Positions 21,216 to 31,330 of a stretch of DNA of 64,000 bases are shown one piece after another (the first letter of the stretch is position 1; every line of letters starts with the position of its first letter). Origin of the DNA: a candidate division FCPU426 bacterium (GTDB lineage: Bacteria > Oederibacteriota > PGYV01 > Palsa-1178); assembly GCA_963840035.1 (NCBI GenBank), contig CAWIXE010000002.1:448001-512000 (forward strand), in the 5' to 3' direction. The notes below the pieces were generated by a model, which was not told where the DNA came from, did not search any database, and worked only from the letters and a program-made list of their open reading frames with translations. The position numbers and the translations under genes were made by a program.

Positions 21216-21338
21216 TTGCAATTTCTAATTACCAATTACTAATTACTAATAAATTTGTGTTTTACACGTTTATAATAATAATACGAGGAATCCTGAGCCT
21301 GACGAAGGATTACGAGTATTACCATAATTAGTAATTAC
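21213..21338. repeat. Heptamer array, family D (AATTACT), with an internal CCTGAGCCTGACGAAGG mini-palindrome
   Basis: aatttct aattacc aattact aattact ... aatcctgagcctgacgaaggatt (21289-21311) ... cataatt agtaatt. Confidence 0.75.
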
Positions 21339-21350
21339 ACAGGAGGTTTT

Positions 21351-21866
21351 ATGATCCAACTTTACACGGGAAACGGCAAAGGCAAAACCACGGCAGCCAT
21401 TGGCCAGGCAATCCGCGCGGCAGGCGCCGGGATGAAGGTGGCTTTTTACCAGTTTTTAAAGGCGGGAAAATTTCCGGTTTCAGAGGAAAAAATCCTGAAC
21501 CTGATTGCTAATATTGATTTCATAAGGTTTAACCAGGCTTCGCCTTTATTTGACCCGAAAGTCAGGCCTGAAGAGCTGGCTGAACAGGTGGAAATGGATT
21601 TGACGCTTATAGAAAGCGATATAAAAAGCAACGGATATGACATGATAGTGCTGGATGAACTGACCCACCTGATAAATCTCGGGGTTGTTGAGGAGAAAAA
21701 AATAATTAAACTGCTTAAATCAGCGCCTAAAAAACTGGAAATAATTATAACCGGCAGAAACGCGTCAAAAGGGCTGCTTAAACTGGCGGGTCTTGTTACG
21801 GAAATGAAGGAAGTAAAACACCCGTTTAAGAAGGGTGTAAAGGCGAGGAAGGGAATTGAATTTTAA
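21351..21866 (+). CDS. cobO: Cob(I)yrinic acid a,c-diamide adenosyltransferase (CobO/BtuR/CobA)
   Basis: YTGNGKGKTTAA, QFLK, LDE, ITGR, KHPF...GIEF. Confidence 0.94.
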   Translation: MIQLYTGNGKGKTTAAIGQAIRAAGAGMKVAFYQFLKAGKFPVSEEKILNLIANIDFIRFNQASPLFDPKVRPEELAEQVEMDLTLIESDIKSNGYDMIVLDELTHLINLGVVEEKKIIKLLKSAPKKLEIIITGRNASKGLLKLAGLVTEMKEVKHPFKKGVKARKGIEF

Positions 21867-21867
21867 G

Positions 21868-21974
21868 GCGTTCGGAGTTCGGAGGGTAGAGTTCGGAGTT
21901 TGAAGTACGCAAAGACGTTCGGCGGATGTGGCAATTGCCCGAACTCCGAACCTTACCCTCCACCCTCCGAACGC
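21868..21974. repeat. Heptamer inverted array, family B
   Basis: gc gttcgga gttcgga gggtaga gttcgga gtttgaa ... cccgaac tccgaac cttaccc tccaccc tccgaac gc. Confidence 0.92.
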
Positions 21975-21990
21975 ATTAAATGAGGTTAAC

Positions 21991-22848
21991 ATGAAGAAAC
22001 TATTTATGATTACAGCGCTCCTATACACAGGGTTTCTTAACGCGGCGGTCTTTGTCGACGACGTCGGCCGTACCGTAAATGTCCATACCCCTGTATATTC
22101 TGTTGTCTGCCTTTCACCGGCCCACACTGAGATGTTCTTCTGGATGGGTCTGCAGGATAAACTCCGGGCCGTATCCACCAGCTGCGATTTTCCGGATGCG
22201 GCAAAGAAACTGCCTAAAGCAGGGTCTTTCATGAACCCGGACATTGAAAAGATAACTAAGTTAAGGCCGGATGTGGTGATTTCGGGCGGCGGGGTGCAGA
22301 AAAAAGCCATAGCAAAACTTGAAAAGATGGGGATACCTGTGCTGGTTTTGTATCCTAAGAATATTGAAAAGGGCATCTGGGATAACATAAATATGATCGG
22401 AAGGCTGACAGGCGAGCCTGTAAAGGCGTCAAAAAAGATACGCGAATATGAAAAAACGATGTCTGAAGTGATACGCCGCGACAGCTTTCAGCTGAAGGTT
22501 TACCTTGAGATGTGGAATGAGCCTGTAATGGCAGTGGGAAAGTCATCCTTTATAAATCAGATGTTAAAGCTGGGCGGCGGTAAAAATATCCTCGCTGACG
22601 CCAAAAGCGAATACCCGAAAGCGTCGCCCGAGGAAATAATAAAAAGGAATCCGGATGTCATTATCCTGCTTTATAAGCCTGAGAAGGATTACATGGACAG
22701 GCCTTATTTTAAGCAGACCAATGCCGGCAAAAAGGGCAACATATATGTCTTTGATAATGTAGATATCATACTGCGTCCGGGTCCGAGGATACCGCTTGGC
22801 ATTAAATCCCTGAGGAAAATCATAGATAAGGCGGAAAGCAAAACATGA
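21991..22848 (+). CDS. btuF: Cobalamin ABC transporter substrate-binding protein
   Basis: Signal peptide; DDVGRTV, SPAHTE, PDIEKI, EEIIKRNPDVII, RPGPR; RBS GAGG. Confidence 0.88.
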   Translation: MKKLFMITALLYTGFLNAAVFVDDVGRTVNVHTPVYSVVCLSPAHTEMFFWMGLQDKLRAVSTSCDFPDAAKKLPKAGSFMNPDIEKITKLRPDVVISGGGVQKKAIAKLEKMGIPVLVLYPKNIEKGIWDNINMIGRLTGEPVKASKKIREYEKTMSEVIRRDSFQLKVYLEMWNEPVMAVGKSSFINQMLKLGGGKNILADAKSEYPKASPEEIIKRNPDVIILLYKPEKDYMDRPYFKQTNAGKKGNIYVFDNVDIILRPGPRIPLGIKSLRKIIDKAESKT

Positions 22849-23816
22849 AGAAAACAGCCGCGTTTTTCATTTTCCTTATTGTTATTCTTGTCATTTGTTT
22901 CCTGTGGGCAATATCCGCCGGAAGCGTCAGCATATCCTTAGCCGACGCGCTGGGATTCCTGTTTGGAAGGCAGGGAGGACAGGACGCTGAAATAGTCGGA
23001 CTTATAAGGCTGCCCAGGATAATTTACGCGATGCTTGTGGGAGGAATGCTGGCAGTGGCAGGCGCCATGCTCCAGGCGCTTTTGAAAAACCCGCTCGTGG
23101 ATCCGTTCATTACGGGCATATCATCAGGCGCGGCATTCGGCGCGGCGTGCGCTATTATCGCCGGGTCTTCAGGGCTTATCGCGCCGTCAATGGCGGGCGC
23201 GCTTCTTACAATGTTTGTGGTTTACAGGATATCCTTAAGTTCGGGAACCGTGAATATAACCAGGCTGCTGCTCGCCGGAGTGATGACAGGCTCATTTTTC
23301 TCTTCACTCATTATGATGATGAATGCCGTGTATTCTAAAGACCTTGTCAAGGTTGTGCTGTGGCTGATGGGGGACCTTTCAAACATAGACCCCGCGCATA
23401 TAAAGTACACGTTTTTAACGGCTGTAATAATAGCTTCGGCAGGAGTGTTTTTCGGCAATGACCTTAACATACTTACGACAGGCGAGCAGGAGGCGAAAAC
23501 GCTGGGCGTTAAAACTGAATTCATTAAAGCGCTTTACTTTGTTTTTGCCGGGGCCCTCACAGCGGTCTCCGTCGCTTTAACCGGCGTCATAGGTTTTGTG
23601 GGGCTGATAATCCCTCACATTATCCGTTTCTTCATCGGGCCTGATATGCGCGGCATGATACCTTGTTCGTTTCTTGCCGGCGCCATATTTTTGCTCTCCG
23701 CCGACACGATAGCCCGTACAGTTTTTCTGCCGGGGGAAATACCCGTGGGCGTTATAACGGGATTAATTGGCGTGCCGGTTTTCATATTTTTAATGATAAG
23801 AAAGAAGGCAGTATAA
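22845..23816 (+). CDS. btuC: Cobalamin ABC transporter permease (FecCD family)
   Basis: IRLPR, KNPLVDP, GISSGA, GFVGLIIPH, EIPVG. Confidence 0.88.
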   Translation: MKKTAAFFIFLIVILVICFLWAISAGSVSISLADALGFLFGRQGGQDAEIVGLIRLPRIIYAMLVGGMLAVAGAMLQALLKNPLVDPFITGISSGAAFGAACAIIAGSSGLIAPSMAGALLTMFVVYRISLSSGTVNITRLLLAGVMTGSFFSSLIMMMNAVYSKDLVKVVLWLMGDLSNIDPAHIKYTFLTAVIIASAGVFFGNDLNILTTGEQEAKTLGVKTEFIKALYFVFAGALTAVSVALTGVIGFVGLIIPHIIRFFIGPDMRGMIPCSFLAGAIFLLSADTIARTVFLPGEIPVGVITGLIGVPVFIFLMIRKKAV

Positions 23817-24595
23817 TGCTTTTAGAGGCGAAGAATATAAATTTCACATACGGCCGCGGAGGCTTCAGTTTAAAGTCCGTTAACTTATCCGTGAATAAAG
23901 GCGAAGTGGTCTCGCTTTTGGGGCCAAACGGGGCCGGCAAAACAACGCTGATAAAAATACTCGCGTCGATACTTGGCGGCTTTACCGGAAGCGTGTCCGT
24001 TAATTCAAGCCCGGTTGGCAGTTATAAAGGCACGGAACTTGCGAAACTGATTTCATATATCCCGCAGGTGGACTCGTATACATTTGATTATACTGTTGAG
24101 GAATTAGTCTCAATGGGCAGGCGGCCATACATCAATGAAATGGGGCTGCTCTCGCAGGGAGACCGTGAAGCCGTAAAATCTGTGCTTGATTCCTTTGACC
24201 TGTATGGAAAAAGAGGCGAGGTCTATAATAATTTAAGCGGCGGCGAAAAGAGAATGGTTTTAATAGCCCGGGCAATCGCGCAGGAAGCGCAGCTGCTTCT
24301 CATGGACGAGCCTATGACTTACCTGGACATGCACCACCAGTCGGCGCTTATGGAGAAAATAATGGAGTTAAACGGGCAGGGAAAGACCATACTGCTCATA
24401 TCGCACGGCATTAACCTGGCGGCGGAATATGTTAAGAGGGTGGTATTCATGAAAGACGGAAGCATTGCCGCCGACGGGCCGCCTGATAAGGTTATAAATG
24501 AGGCTAAGATAAGGGAAATATACGGCCTGGAGAATTTCTATATAGAAAAGAACAGGGTGTCAGGAAGGCCAAATTTGTTTTTGATGAGGAAGTAA
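23816..24595 (+). CDS. btuD: Cobalamin ABC transporter ATPase
   Basis: GPNGAGKT, LSGGE, LLMDEP; ATG overlaps the btuC stop (TAATG). Confidence 0.88.
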   Translation: MLLEAKNINFTYGRGGFSLKSVNLSVNKGEVVSLLGPNGAGKTTLIKILASILGGFTGSVSVNSSPVGSYKGTELAKLISYIPQVDSYTFDYTVEELVSMGRRPYINEMGLLSQGDREAVKSVLDSFDLYGKRGEVYNNLSGGEKRMVLIARAIAQEAQLLLMDEPMTYLDMHHQSALMEKIMELNGQGKTILLISHGINLAAEYVKRVVFMKDGSIAADGPPDKVINEAKIREIYGLENFYIEKNRVSGRPNLFLMRK

Positions 24596-24655
24596 TATTG
24601 GATAGTGATATTAGATAATGATATGGATAGAAAACCATTGGTTGTGCGTTTGTTG

Positions 24656-24720
24656 TTGTAGGGGCGATTCATGAATCGCCCGCCTTTCAACCGTGGGCAA
24701 TTCGTGAATTGCCCCTACAA
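24656..24720. repeat. REP doublet (GTAGGGGCGATT family)
   Basis: ttgtaggggcgattcatgaatcgccc ... gggcaattcgtgaattgcccctacaa; preceded by a 6/7-periodic ATARTG tract at 24596-24630. Confidence 0.88.
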
Positions 24721-24790
24721 AAACCGGCCAGAACCTGTAATAAAAATGTGTTTTCCGTCAGTTTCATTATAAATAAAAAACGGAGGGTTT

Positions 24791-26737
24791 ATGAAAAAGA
24801 AAATTGCACTTATTTTTTGGGTTGTGATGACGGCATGCGCGGTTTACGCGTTCCCGGCTGACTACAACAACTCCGGCGCCACCATGGGCCAGCAGATGGG
24901 CGAACAGCCCGCGACCGGCATTTCAAAGAGCGCGAACAAGCCCGGGGTTTATGATTTTAAGCCCAAGGAAGTACCCACAGCCCAGGCGCAGCAGACGGCT
25001 GACAAGGCAAAAAACCTGGATGATATCGTGGTTACCGCGAGGAAAATACCCGAGCTCATAAGCATTGTTCCAAGGAGCATTGAAGTCATAGCCGAGGAGC
25101 AGATAAAAGCGTTCGGCGCGGAGCGCCTTGCAGACCTGATAGAGTCAATTTCAGGTATAACAGTTATCCGCAGCGGCGGTTATGAAGGGATTAATACGGT
25201 AATGTTCAGGGGGAGCCCGTCAAAGCATACGCTTGTAATGCAGGACGGAGTGCCGGTGAATGACATGCTGGTAGGGACTGTGGATTTAAACATGATTGAT
25301 ATTTCCGATGTGGAGCGTATTGAGATTATAAAGGGCGGTATGTCCTCCATTTACGGGGCGTCAGCTTCAGCCGGCGTTATAAACATTATAACAGGCTCCA
25401 AGAATAAAAAACTTCTCAAGGCTGAGGCGTCATACGGCTCTTTTGAGACGCAAAAATACGTCCTCTCCTCGGCTGGAAAAATATTAAAGGTGGATTACTC
25501 CGCCGGAGCCTCGGAGGAGAGGTCGAAAGGATACGCGGCAAACGGCGATTTTTACAAACGCGCCGCGGATGTAAAGCTGCAATTTGACGGAGATCTTTTG
25601 ACATCATCCCTGACCGGCCATTACCTGAAAAGGGAAATGGGCCTTCCGTATGATGACTACGGGCCTTCCCATTCCCGGCAGCAGGACGAGAATTACTCTA
25701 TGAACATGGATGAGGACGTAAAAATACCATACGTGAATATGAAAATACAGGGTTACTTAAGGTCGGCGAACCTGTATATGGAAATGCCTGATTACGCTGT
25801 CAAAGACAGGCATAAAAAGAAGGAATACCAGGCATCCGTCATGTTTATATATGACGAGAAAGGCATGGTTTCTGCGATTTCAGGCTATGAAAACAATATT
25901 AAAGAGATAGATTCCACCAGGATAGGAAAGCAGTCGATATCCAATCAGGCATCCGTGTCCAGCGTCTCAATAAAGCTTTTTGACGACACGCTGCTGATAA
26001 ACACGGGATTTAGGGCGGATTTTAATTCCGCCTATAATAACTCAACCAGCGAGAACTTGAGCGGCAAGTATAAGTTCGCGGGAGGAACGGAATTTTTCGC
26101 CTCCATGGAAAAGTCGGTGGCCGTGCCCACGTTCGGCGATACCTACTGGAACGAGCCCTGGATGGCGGGTAACCCGAAACTGCTCCCGGAAAAGACCACC
26201 TCGCTTGAGGCGGGCATAAGGAAAAAAGACGATATCATCAGCGAGGAAATTTCATGGTTCAGGAGCGACATTAAGGATTTGATAGAATGGGTGACTGACC
26301 CTTTTACGTATTTCACCAGCGCTGAAAATGTGGCAAACGCCGAGATAGCGGGCGCCGAGGCTAAAGTCGACCTTAAAATTTCCGGATGGCTTACGGCATA
26401 CGCGAGATACACATACTTGATCGCCAAAAACAGGGAGACAAAAAAGGACCTGGCATACAGGCCGAAGAATGAAATAAACGCGGGCGCAAGCATAAAGTTC
26501 CCGTTTAATACGAGTTTGTCAGTTACGGGGAAGTATGTCGACAACAGGTATTCGACCAAAGATGTGCTTTTACACCCGTATTATTTAATAAGCGCAAGGG
26601 TCACTCATAAGATAAGCGACAATTTTGAAATCTATGGCGATCTGAGCAACATACTGGATAATACGTCATATGAGTCTGTCATACTATATAAAATGCCCGG
26701 AAGGTCGATAACAGTCGGATTAAGGGCGGAAATCTAG
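24791..26737 (+). CDS. btuB: TonB-dependent outer-membrane receptor (BtuB-like)
   Basis: Signal peptide; TonB box DIVVTA; plug ERIEIIKGGMSSIYGA; GNPKLLPE; last gene of the B12 operon. Confidence 0.85.
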   Translation: MKKKIALIFWVVMTACAVYAFPADYNNSGATMGQQMGEQPATGISKSANKPGVYDFKPKEVPTAQAQQTADKAKNLDDIVVTARKIPELISIVPRSIEVIAEEQIKAFGAERLADLIESISGITVIRSGGYEGINTVMFRGSPSKHTLVMQDGVPVNDMLVGTVDLNMIDISDVERIEIIKGGMSSIYGASASAGVINIITGSKNKKLLKAEASYGSFETQKYVLSSAGKILKVDYSAGASEERSKGYAANGDFYKRAADVKLQFDGDLLTSSLTGHYLKREMGLPYDDYGPSHSRQQDENYSMNMDEDVKIPYVNMKIQGYLRSANLYMEMPDYAVKDRHKKKEYQASVMFIYDEKGMVSAISGYENNIKEIDSTRIGKQSISNQASVSSVSIKLFDDTLLINTGFRADFNSAYNNSTSENLSGKYKFAGGTEFFASMEKSVAVPTFGDTYWNEPWMAGNPKLLPEKTTSLEAGIRKKDDIISEEISWFRSDIKDLIEWVTDPFTYFTSAENVANAEIAGAEAKVDLKISGWLTAYARYTYLIAKNRETKKDLAYRPKNEINAGASIKFPFNTSLSVTGKYVDNRYSTKDVLLHPYYLISARVTHKISDNFEIYGDLSNILDNTSYESVILYKMPGRSITVGLRAEI

Positions 26738-26780
26738 AAAACATCATATAATCAAGAGGTTTTTTCACGCTTAAAAGTTG

Positions 26781-26809
26781 TTGCGTTAAAAATCCCTATT
26801 TGCTATAAT
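26781..26809 (+). promoter_or_regulatory. Sigma70-type promoter of the mre operon
   Basis: TTGCGT-17 nt-TATAAT with TG extension. Confidence 0.6.
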
Positions 26810-26866
26810 ACACACCATGGTTTTTTTGTATTACATTTTTTTTAATACTATTATCAGGAGGTTTTT

Positions 26867-27106
26867 ATGACACTGGGAGTTATTATCGGAATACTGCTTT
26901 TGATACTGCTTGTGGGTCTCGTTGTGCTTCAGGGCCTTATTGAATGGGGCGGATTTGATACTGATAAGTTATTTAAGTTCGCGGGAAAAGCAAAAGACAA
27001 GCCCGCTGATAAACAGGAATTAAAAGATGTTTCAAAGCCTATAATTAAGAAGGCGGCGAAGAAATCCTCTAAAAAACCAGCCAAGAAAAAGAAAGGGGCA
27101 AAATAA
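26867..27106 (+). CDS. Small single-TM protein with Lys/Ala-rich basic C-terminal tail
   Basis: RBS AGGAGG; N-terminal TM; IKKAAKKSSKKPAKKKKGAK; stop abuts the mreB ATG. Confidence 0.75.
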   Translation: MTLGVIIGILLLILLVGLVVLQGLIEWGGFDTDKLFKFAGKAKDKPADKQELKDVSKPIIKKAAKKSSKKPAKKKKGAK

Positions 27107-28150
27107 ATGATATTTGATTTTATCCTCGGCATGTTCAGCAATGACATGGCGATTGACTTGGGGACCGCGACGACCCTCGTGTATCTCAAAAATAAAGGCA
27201 TCGTGTTAAAAGAACCTTCCATAGTCGCGCTCTATAAAAACAGGGAAGTAATAGCTGTCGGCGAAGCGGCAAAGCAGATGGTAGGAAAGACTCCGGGCGA
27301 TGTATTCGCAATCAGGCCCATGAAGGACGGCGTTATCGCCGATTTTAATGTAACTGAAAAAATGCTCCGTTATTTCATAGTTAAAGTGCATAACAGGCAC
27401 TCGATGGTAAACCCGAGGATAGCCATATCAGTACCCAAGGGCGTAACACCCGTTGAGAAAAGGGCCGTGAAAGAGTCGGCCATACAGGCGGGCGCAAGGG
27501 AAGTGTATCTTATAGACGAACCAATGGCGGCGGCAATCGGCGCCGGACTTCCGGTGGAAGACCCGGTCGGGCACATGGTTGTTGACATCGGCGGAGGAAC
27601 GACGGAAGTCGCCGTTATTTCCATGGGCGGCCTTGTTGTATTTAATTCAATCAGGACGGCAGGCGATAAGTTTGACGAAGCCATCATGGCTTACCTGAAA
27701 AAAGCATATAACCTTCATATCGGCGAGAGGACGGCTGAAAGGGTTAAAATTGAGATAGGGTGCGCGCAGAAACTGGATGACACCCTGGAGATGGACGTAA
27801 AGGGAAGCGACCTTACAACCGGACTTCCGAGGACCATACGCGTTACTTCAGACGAGATGGCCATCGCGCTTGAGGAACCTATCACCAAGATTATTGACGG
27901 CATAAAGTACACCCTGGAGCAGACCAAACCCGAACTTGCCGCGGATATCATAGACAAAGGCATAGTTTTAACGGGCGGCGGTTCGCAGCTTAAGGCTTTT
28001 GACGAGAAGCTGCGCGATGAGACGGGCGTGCCGGTGCATCTTGCGGATAACCCTCAGGACTGCGTCGTAACGGGCGCGGGCAAGATGCTCGAAGAGCAGC
28101 TTGACGTTTTAAGAAGGCTTTCGTTTGAGGGCGAGGACAGTTACGTCTAA
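27107..28150 (+). CDS. mreB: Rod shape-determining protein MreB
   Basis: [36 protein letters not shown]. Confidence 0.98.
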   Translation: MIFDFILGMFSNDMAIDLGTATTLVYLKNKGIVLKEPSIVALYKNREVIAVGEAAKQMVGKTPGDVFAIRPMKDGVIADFNVTEKMLRYFIVKVHNRHSMVNPRIAISVPKGVTPVEKRAVKESAIQAGAREVYLIDEPMAAAIGAGLPVEDPVGHMVVDIGGGTTEVAVISMGGLVVFNSIRTAGDKFDEAIMAYLKKAYNLHIGERTAERVKIEIGCAQKLDDTLEMDVKGSDLTTGLPRTIRVTSDEMAIALEEPITKIIDGIKYTLEQTKPELAADIIDKGIVLTGGGSQLKAFDEKLRDETGVPVHLADNPQDCVVTGAGKMLEEQLDVLRRLSFEGEDSYV

Positions 28151-28156
28151 AATTAA

Positions 28157-28951
28157 ATGAAAAAAAGAAAAGCAAACAATAAAAATCTATACACAGCGGC
28201 GGCCATCATAATCACACTGGCCGCCGTTTTGCTTATAAGCAAGTCCGGCGGGTTCCTGCCCGGCCTTTTTTCCTCAATTCAAAAAAGCGTGGCCTCCTAC
28301 GCCTTCTATGTCAATGACACGTTCCGTTCCATCAAATACGTTACATCGGCGAAAAAAGGCATCCAGATCCTCAGCGAAAAGAATATGCTGCTTGAAAGCG
28401 AGAACCATACGCTCAAAGCGGAGAATGAAAAGATAAAAAGGGCGTCCGTATTAAAATCCATGAGGGACTTCAGGAGTTCGGTGGTATGTTTTGCCTCCGT
28501 AATAGGGGCAAATGACGACGGCATGCTCGCGTATTACACCATAGACCGCGGATCCGCGGACGGCGCGGGTGAAGGCGACGGGGTCATAACGCAGGCCGGT
28601 GTTGTGGGACGCCTTGTAAAGGTGAACAGCGACACTTCCATGGTGCAGCTCATCACAGACTCAAAATCGAGCGTGAGCGCCAGGGGTGAAAGAAGCAGGG
28701 TTGTGGGAATACTTTCCGGCGAGTCATATAACAGGTGCGCGCTTAATTATGTGCCGAAGGAAGAGGATATAAAGGAAGGCGATGTTATCATCACCTCAGG
28801 GCTGGGCAAATCATTCCCTGAAGGGATAAAAATAGGGCAGGTAACTGAAGCCACAAAGAAAACTGACGGCCTGTCAATGATCATAAAAGTAAAGCCCTTC
28901 GTGAACATGATGTCGGTTGAAGAAGTAATAGTTGTGAAAAAAAAGCAGTGA
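28157..28951 (+). CDS. mreC: Rod shape-determining protein MreC
   Basis: TM plus coiled coil; IDRGS.DG, GVVGR, ITSGLG..FP.GI.IG. Confidence 0.93.
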   Translation: MKKRKANNKNLYTAAAIIITLAAVLLISKSGGFLPGLFSSIQKSVASYAFYVNDTFRSIKYVTSAKKGIQILSEKNMLLESENHTLKAENEKIKRASVLKSMRDFRSSVVCFASVIGANDDGMLAYYTIDRGSADGAGEGDGVITQAGVVGRLVKVNSDTSMVQLITDSKSSVSARGERSRVVGILSGESYNRCALNYVPKEEDIKEGDVIITSGLGKSFPEGIKIGQVTEATKKTDGLSMIIKVKPFVNMMSVEEVIVVKKKQ

Positions 28952-29030
28952 TTGTATAAGGGCCGGTAAAACGGCCTTCATGATAGCCCGCTTTGGCGGG
29001 CATAAAGTTCAGGCGAAGAGGTGAAAGCTT

Positions 29031-29549
29031 ATCAGAAAGTCCATATTAATGTGGCTTATGCTGATCCCGGTAATTTTAATAGACAACACGGCATACGCCA
29101 TAAACAGGCAATTTCATTACGCGGATTTCGCGCTTATCGTTTCCGTCATACTGGTGTTAAACGGCAGGCTTATATCCGCGGCCGTATTTACCACACTCGC
29201 GGCAGTGATGCATGACGCGTTTCTTCTTCCGTTTTCCGGATATACTGTTTTTTCCGGCATGATGGCGTTAATAACCGCGCTGGCGCTCTCGGTGAGCCTT
29301 TATAGGGAAAATTACTCCACCCGCGTGGTCATCATCGCGGTATGTTGCGCCGTAAAGACACTGGCACAGGGCGCCGCGGTTTTCCTCTTTTATACATCCA
29401 TGAAAAGTTTTATTTTCCCGCCGCTGATAATTTTCCTGAAAATATTCATGACGACACTCGCCGGCGCGGTTGTGCTCAAACTCATGTCACTAGACTACAA
29501 AGGGATAGGCCAATGGCTAAAGCTAAAGACGACATCTTCGAGAGGATAA
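29031..29549 (+). CDS. mreD: MreD-like membrane protein (start uncertain: ATC 29031 or ATG 29049)
   Basis: Multi-TM ORF positioned between mreC and mrdA. Confidence 0.65.
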   Translation: MRKSILMWLMLIPVILIDNTAYAINRQFHYADFALIVSVILVLNGRLISAAVFTTLAAVMHDAFLLPFSGYTVFSGMMALITALALSVSLYRENYSTRVVIIAVCCAVKTLAQGAAVFLFYTSMKSFIFPPLIIFLKIFMTTLAGAVVLKLMSLDYKGIGQWLKLKTTSSRG

Positions 29550-31330
29550 AAGGCGTATATAAGAACCTGGTCCGCATTAACACCATGGGCTGGGTTGTTT
29601 CTGTATGCATGCTGCTGCTCCTGCTGCGGACTTTTTATCTGCAGGCGGTAAGGGGCGACTACTATAAAAAACAGGCTGAGGAAAACTGCATAACCATTAA
29701 AAAGATTCCGGCTTCGCGCGGGTATATTTATGACAGGAATTATGTCCAGCTGGTGGTAAACAAACCGTCAAACTCGGCGATAGTCATACCGTATTATTTC
29801 GGGGAGAATCCCGACAGGCAAAAGGCGCTCTCGGACCTGGCGGCTATCCTGTCCATGGAAACCGCCGAGATTGAGGAGAAGATAACCACACAGTCAGGCG
29901 ACAGGGAATTCATGCTGATGCCTGTCACCGTAAAGAGGAATATTTCCGAGAGCGAAATGTCGCAGCTTAAGGAAGCAAGGATAAAAATAAGCGGTATAGA
30001 TACGGCGCAGGAGCCAAAAAGGTTTTATGAATTTAAGAATACGGCGTCACATGTACTCGGGTATACCGGGGAAATAACCGCGGAGCAGCTGAAGTACGAC
30101 AGGTACAGGGACAAACGGCAGCGCGGGGATGTCATAGGCCAGACAGGCCTTGAGAATTATTATGACGACACGCTGCGCGGTGAGGACGGCGCCATCTACA
30201 TAGTAACTGACGCCCACGGCAGGCAGCTTAAGGAAAAAAAGAGGGTCGAACCAAAACAGGGAAAAAATATTGTCCTTACCCTGGATTACAGGCTCCAGAA
30301 ATACGCGGAGAACCTCCTGGAAGGGTCAAAATTTACCGGCGTTATCATAGCGGCGGAGCCAAAAACCGGCGAGATACTTTGCATGGCGTCAAAGCCCGAT
30401 TATAACCTTAATTATTTCAGCGGTTCGATAAACGCCACCGAATGGAAAAAACTTCTGCGTAACAAGTCAAATCCGCTCAATAACAGGGCAATTCAGGGGC
30501 AGTATTCACCGGGGTCCATCTTTAAAGTGGCGGTGGGCACAGGCGCGCTCAATGAAAATGTTGTGACAACCACGGATTCATTCCTTTGCGAGGGTATTTA
30601 CTGGATAAAAACATGGCCATATAAATGCTGGAAACGCGCGGGCCATGGTTACATGGACTTTTATCACGGAGTCGCGGAATCGTGCGATATATATTTCTAT
30701 AAGGTCGGCCTGAAGATGAAGGTGGAGCTTCTGAATAAATACGGGCTCATGTTCGGATACGGCGAAAAAACAGGCATAGACATTCCCGGGGAAAAGGCCG
30801 GATTGGTGCCTTCAAGGGAGTGGAAATTGCGTACCGACAGGTCGCCGTGGTTTCCGGGAAACACGGTCATGATGTCGATCGGCCAGGGTTATGTATCAGG
30901 CACACCGCTTCAGATAATGGATAACCTTGCGATAATGGCAAACGGCGGATACTGCATGGTTCCGCACCTTATGAAGGTGGTGACCAATGATACACGCAGG
31001 ATACTGGAATCATACCAGCCAAAGAAGCTTCTCGAACTGAATGTGAAGCCGGAAGTCATAGAGATTATGAGGTCCGCGCTAAGGATGGTTGTCAGCAGGG
31101 GAACCGGATCAAAGTCAAGGGTTCAGGGTATGTCGATTTCCGGCAAGACCGCCACGGTGCAGAACGTTCACGGAGAGAACCACGCAATGTTCGCCGGGTA
31201 CGCCCCTTCCGGGAATCCTGAGATTGTCGTATACGTGCTTGTTGAGTTCGGCGGAGGCGGCGGAGACGCGGCAGCGCCGATAGCTTCACAGATATTTGAT
31301 TTCTATTTTAATACCATGAGGGGAAAATGA
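29513..31330 (+). CDS. mrdA: Penicillin-binding protein 2
   Basis: PASRGYIYDRN; SxxK (SIFK), SCD and KTA transpeptidase motifs. Confidence 0.94.
   Translation: MAKAKDDIFERIKGVYKNLVRINTMGWVVSVCMLLLLLRTFYLQAVRGDYYKKQAEENCITIKKIPASRGYIYDRNYVQLVVNKPSNSAIVIPYYFGENPDRQKALSDLAAILSMETAEIEEKITTQSGDREFMLMPVTVKRNISESEMSQLKEARIKISGIDTAQEPKRFYEFKNTASHVLGYTGEITAEQLKYDRYRDKRQRGDVIGQTGLENYYDDTLRGEDGAIYIVTDAHGRQLKEKKRVEPKQGKNIVLTLDYRLQKYAENLLEGSKFTGVIIAAEPKTGEILCMASKPDYNLNYFSGSINATEWKKLLRNKSNPLNNRAIQGQYSPGSIFKVAVGTGALNENVVTTTDSFLCEGIYWIKTWPYKCWKRAGHGYMDFYHGVAESCDIYFYKVGLKMKVELLNKYGLMFGYGEKTGIDIPGEKAGLVPSREWKLRTDRSPWFPGNTVMMSIGQGYVSGTPLQIMDNLAIMANGGYCMVPHLMKVVTNDTRRILESYQPKKLLELNVKPEVIEIMRSALRMVVSRGTGSKSRVQGMSISGKTATVQNVHGENHAMFAGYAPSGNPEIVVYVLVEFGGGGGDAAAPIASQIFDFYFNTMRGK

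Noticed and set aside
28953..29002. Two small hairpins between mreC and mreD
   Set aside because: No GTAG foot, no U-tail and no second copy in the window; function cannot be supported.
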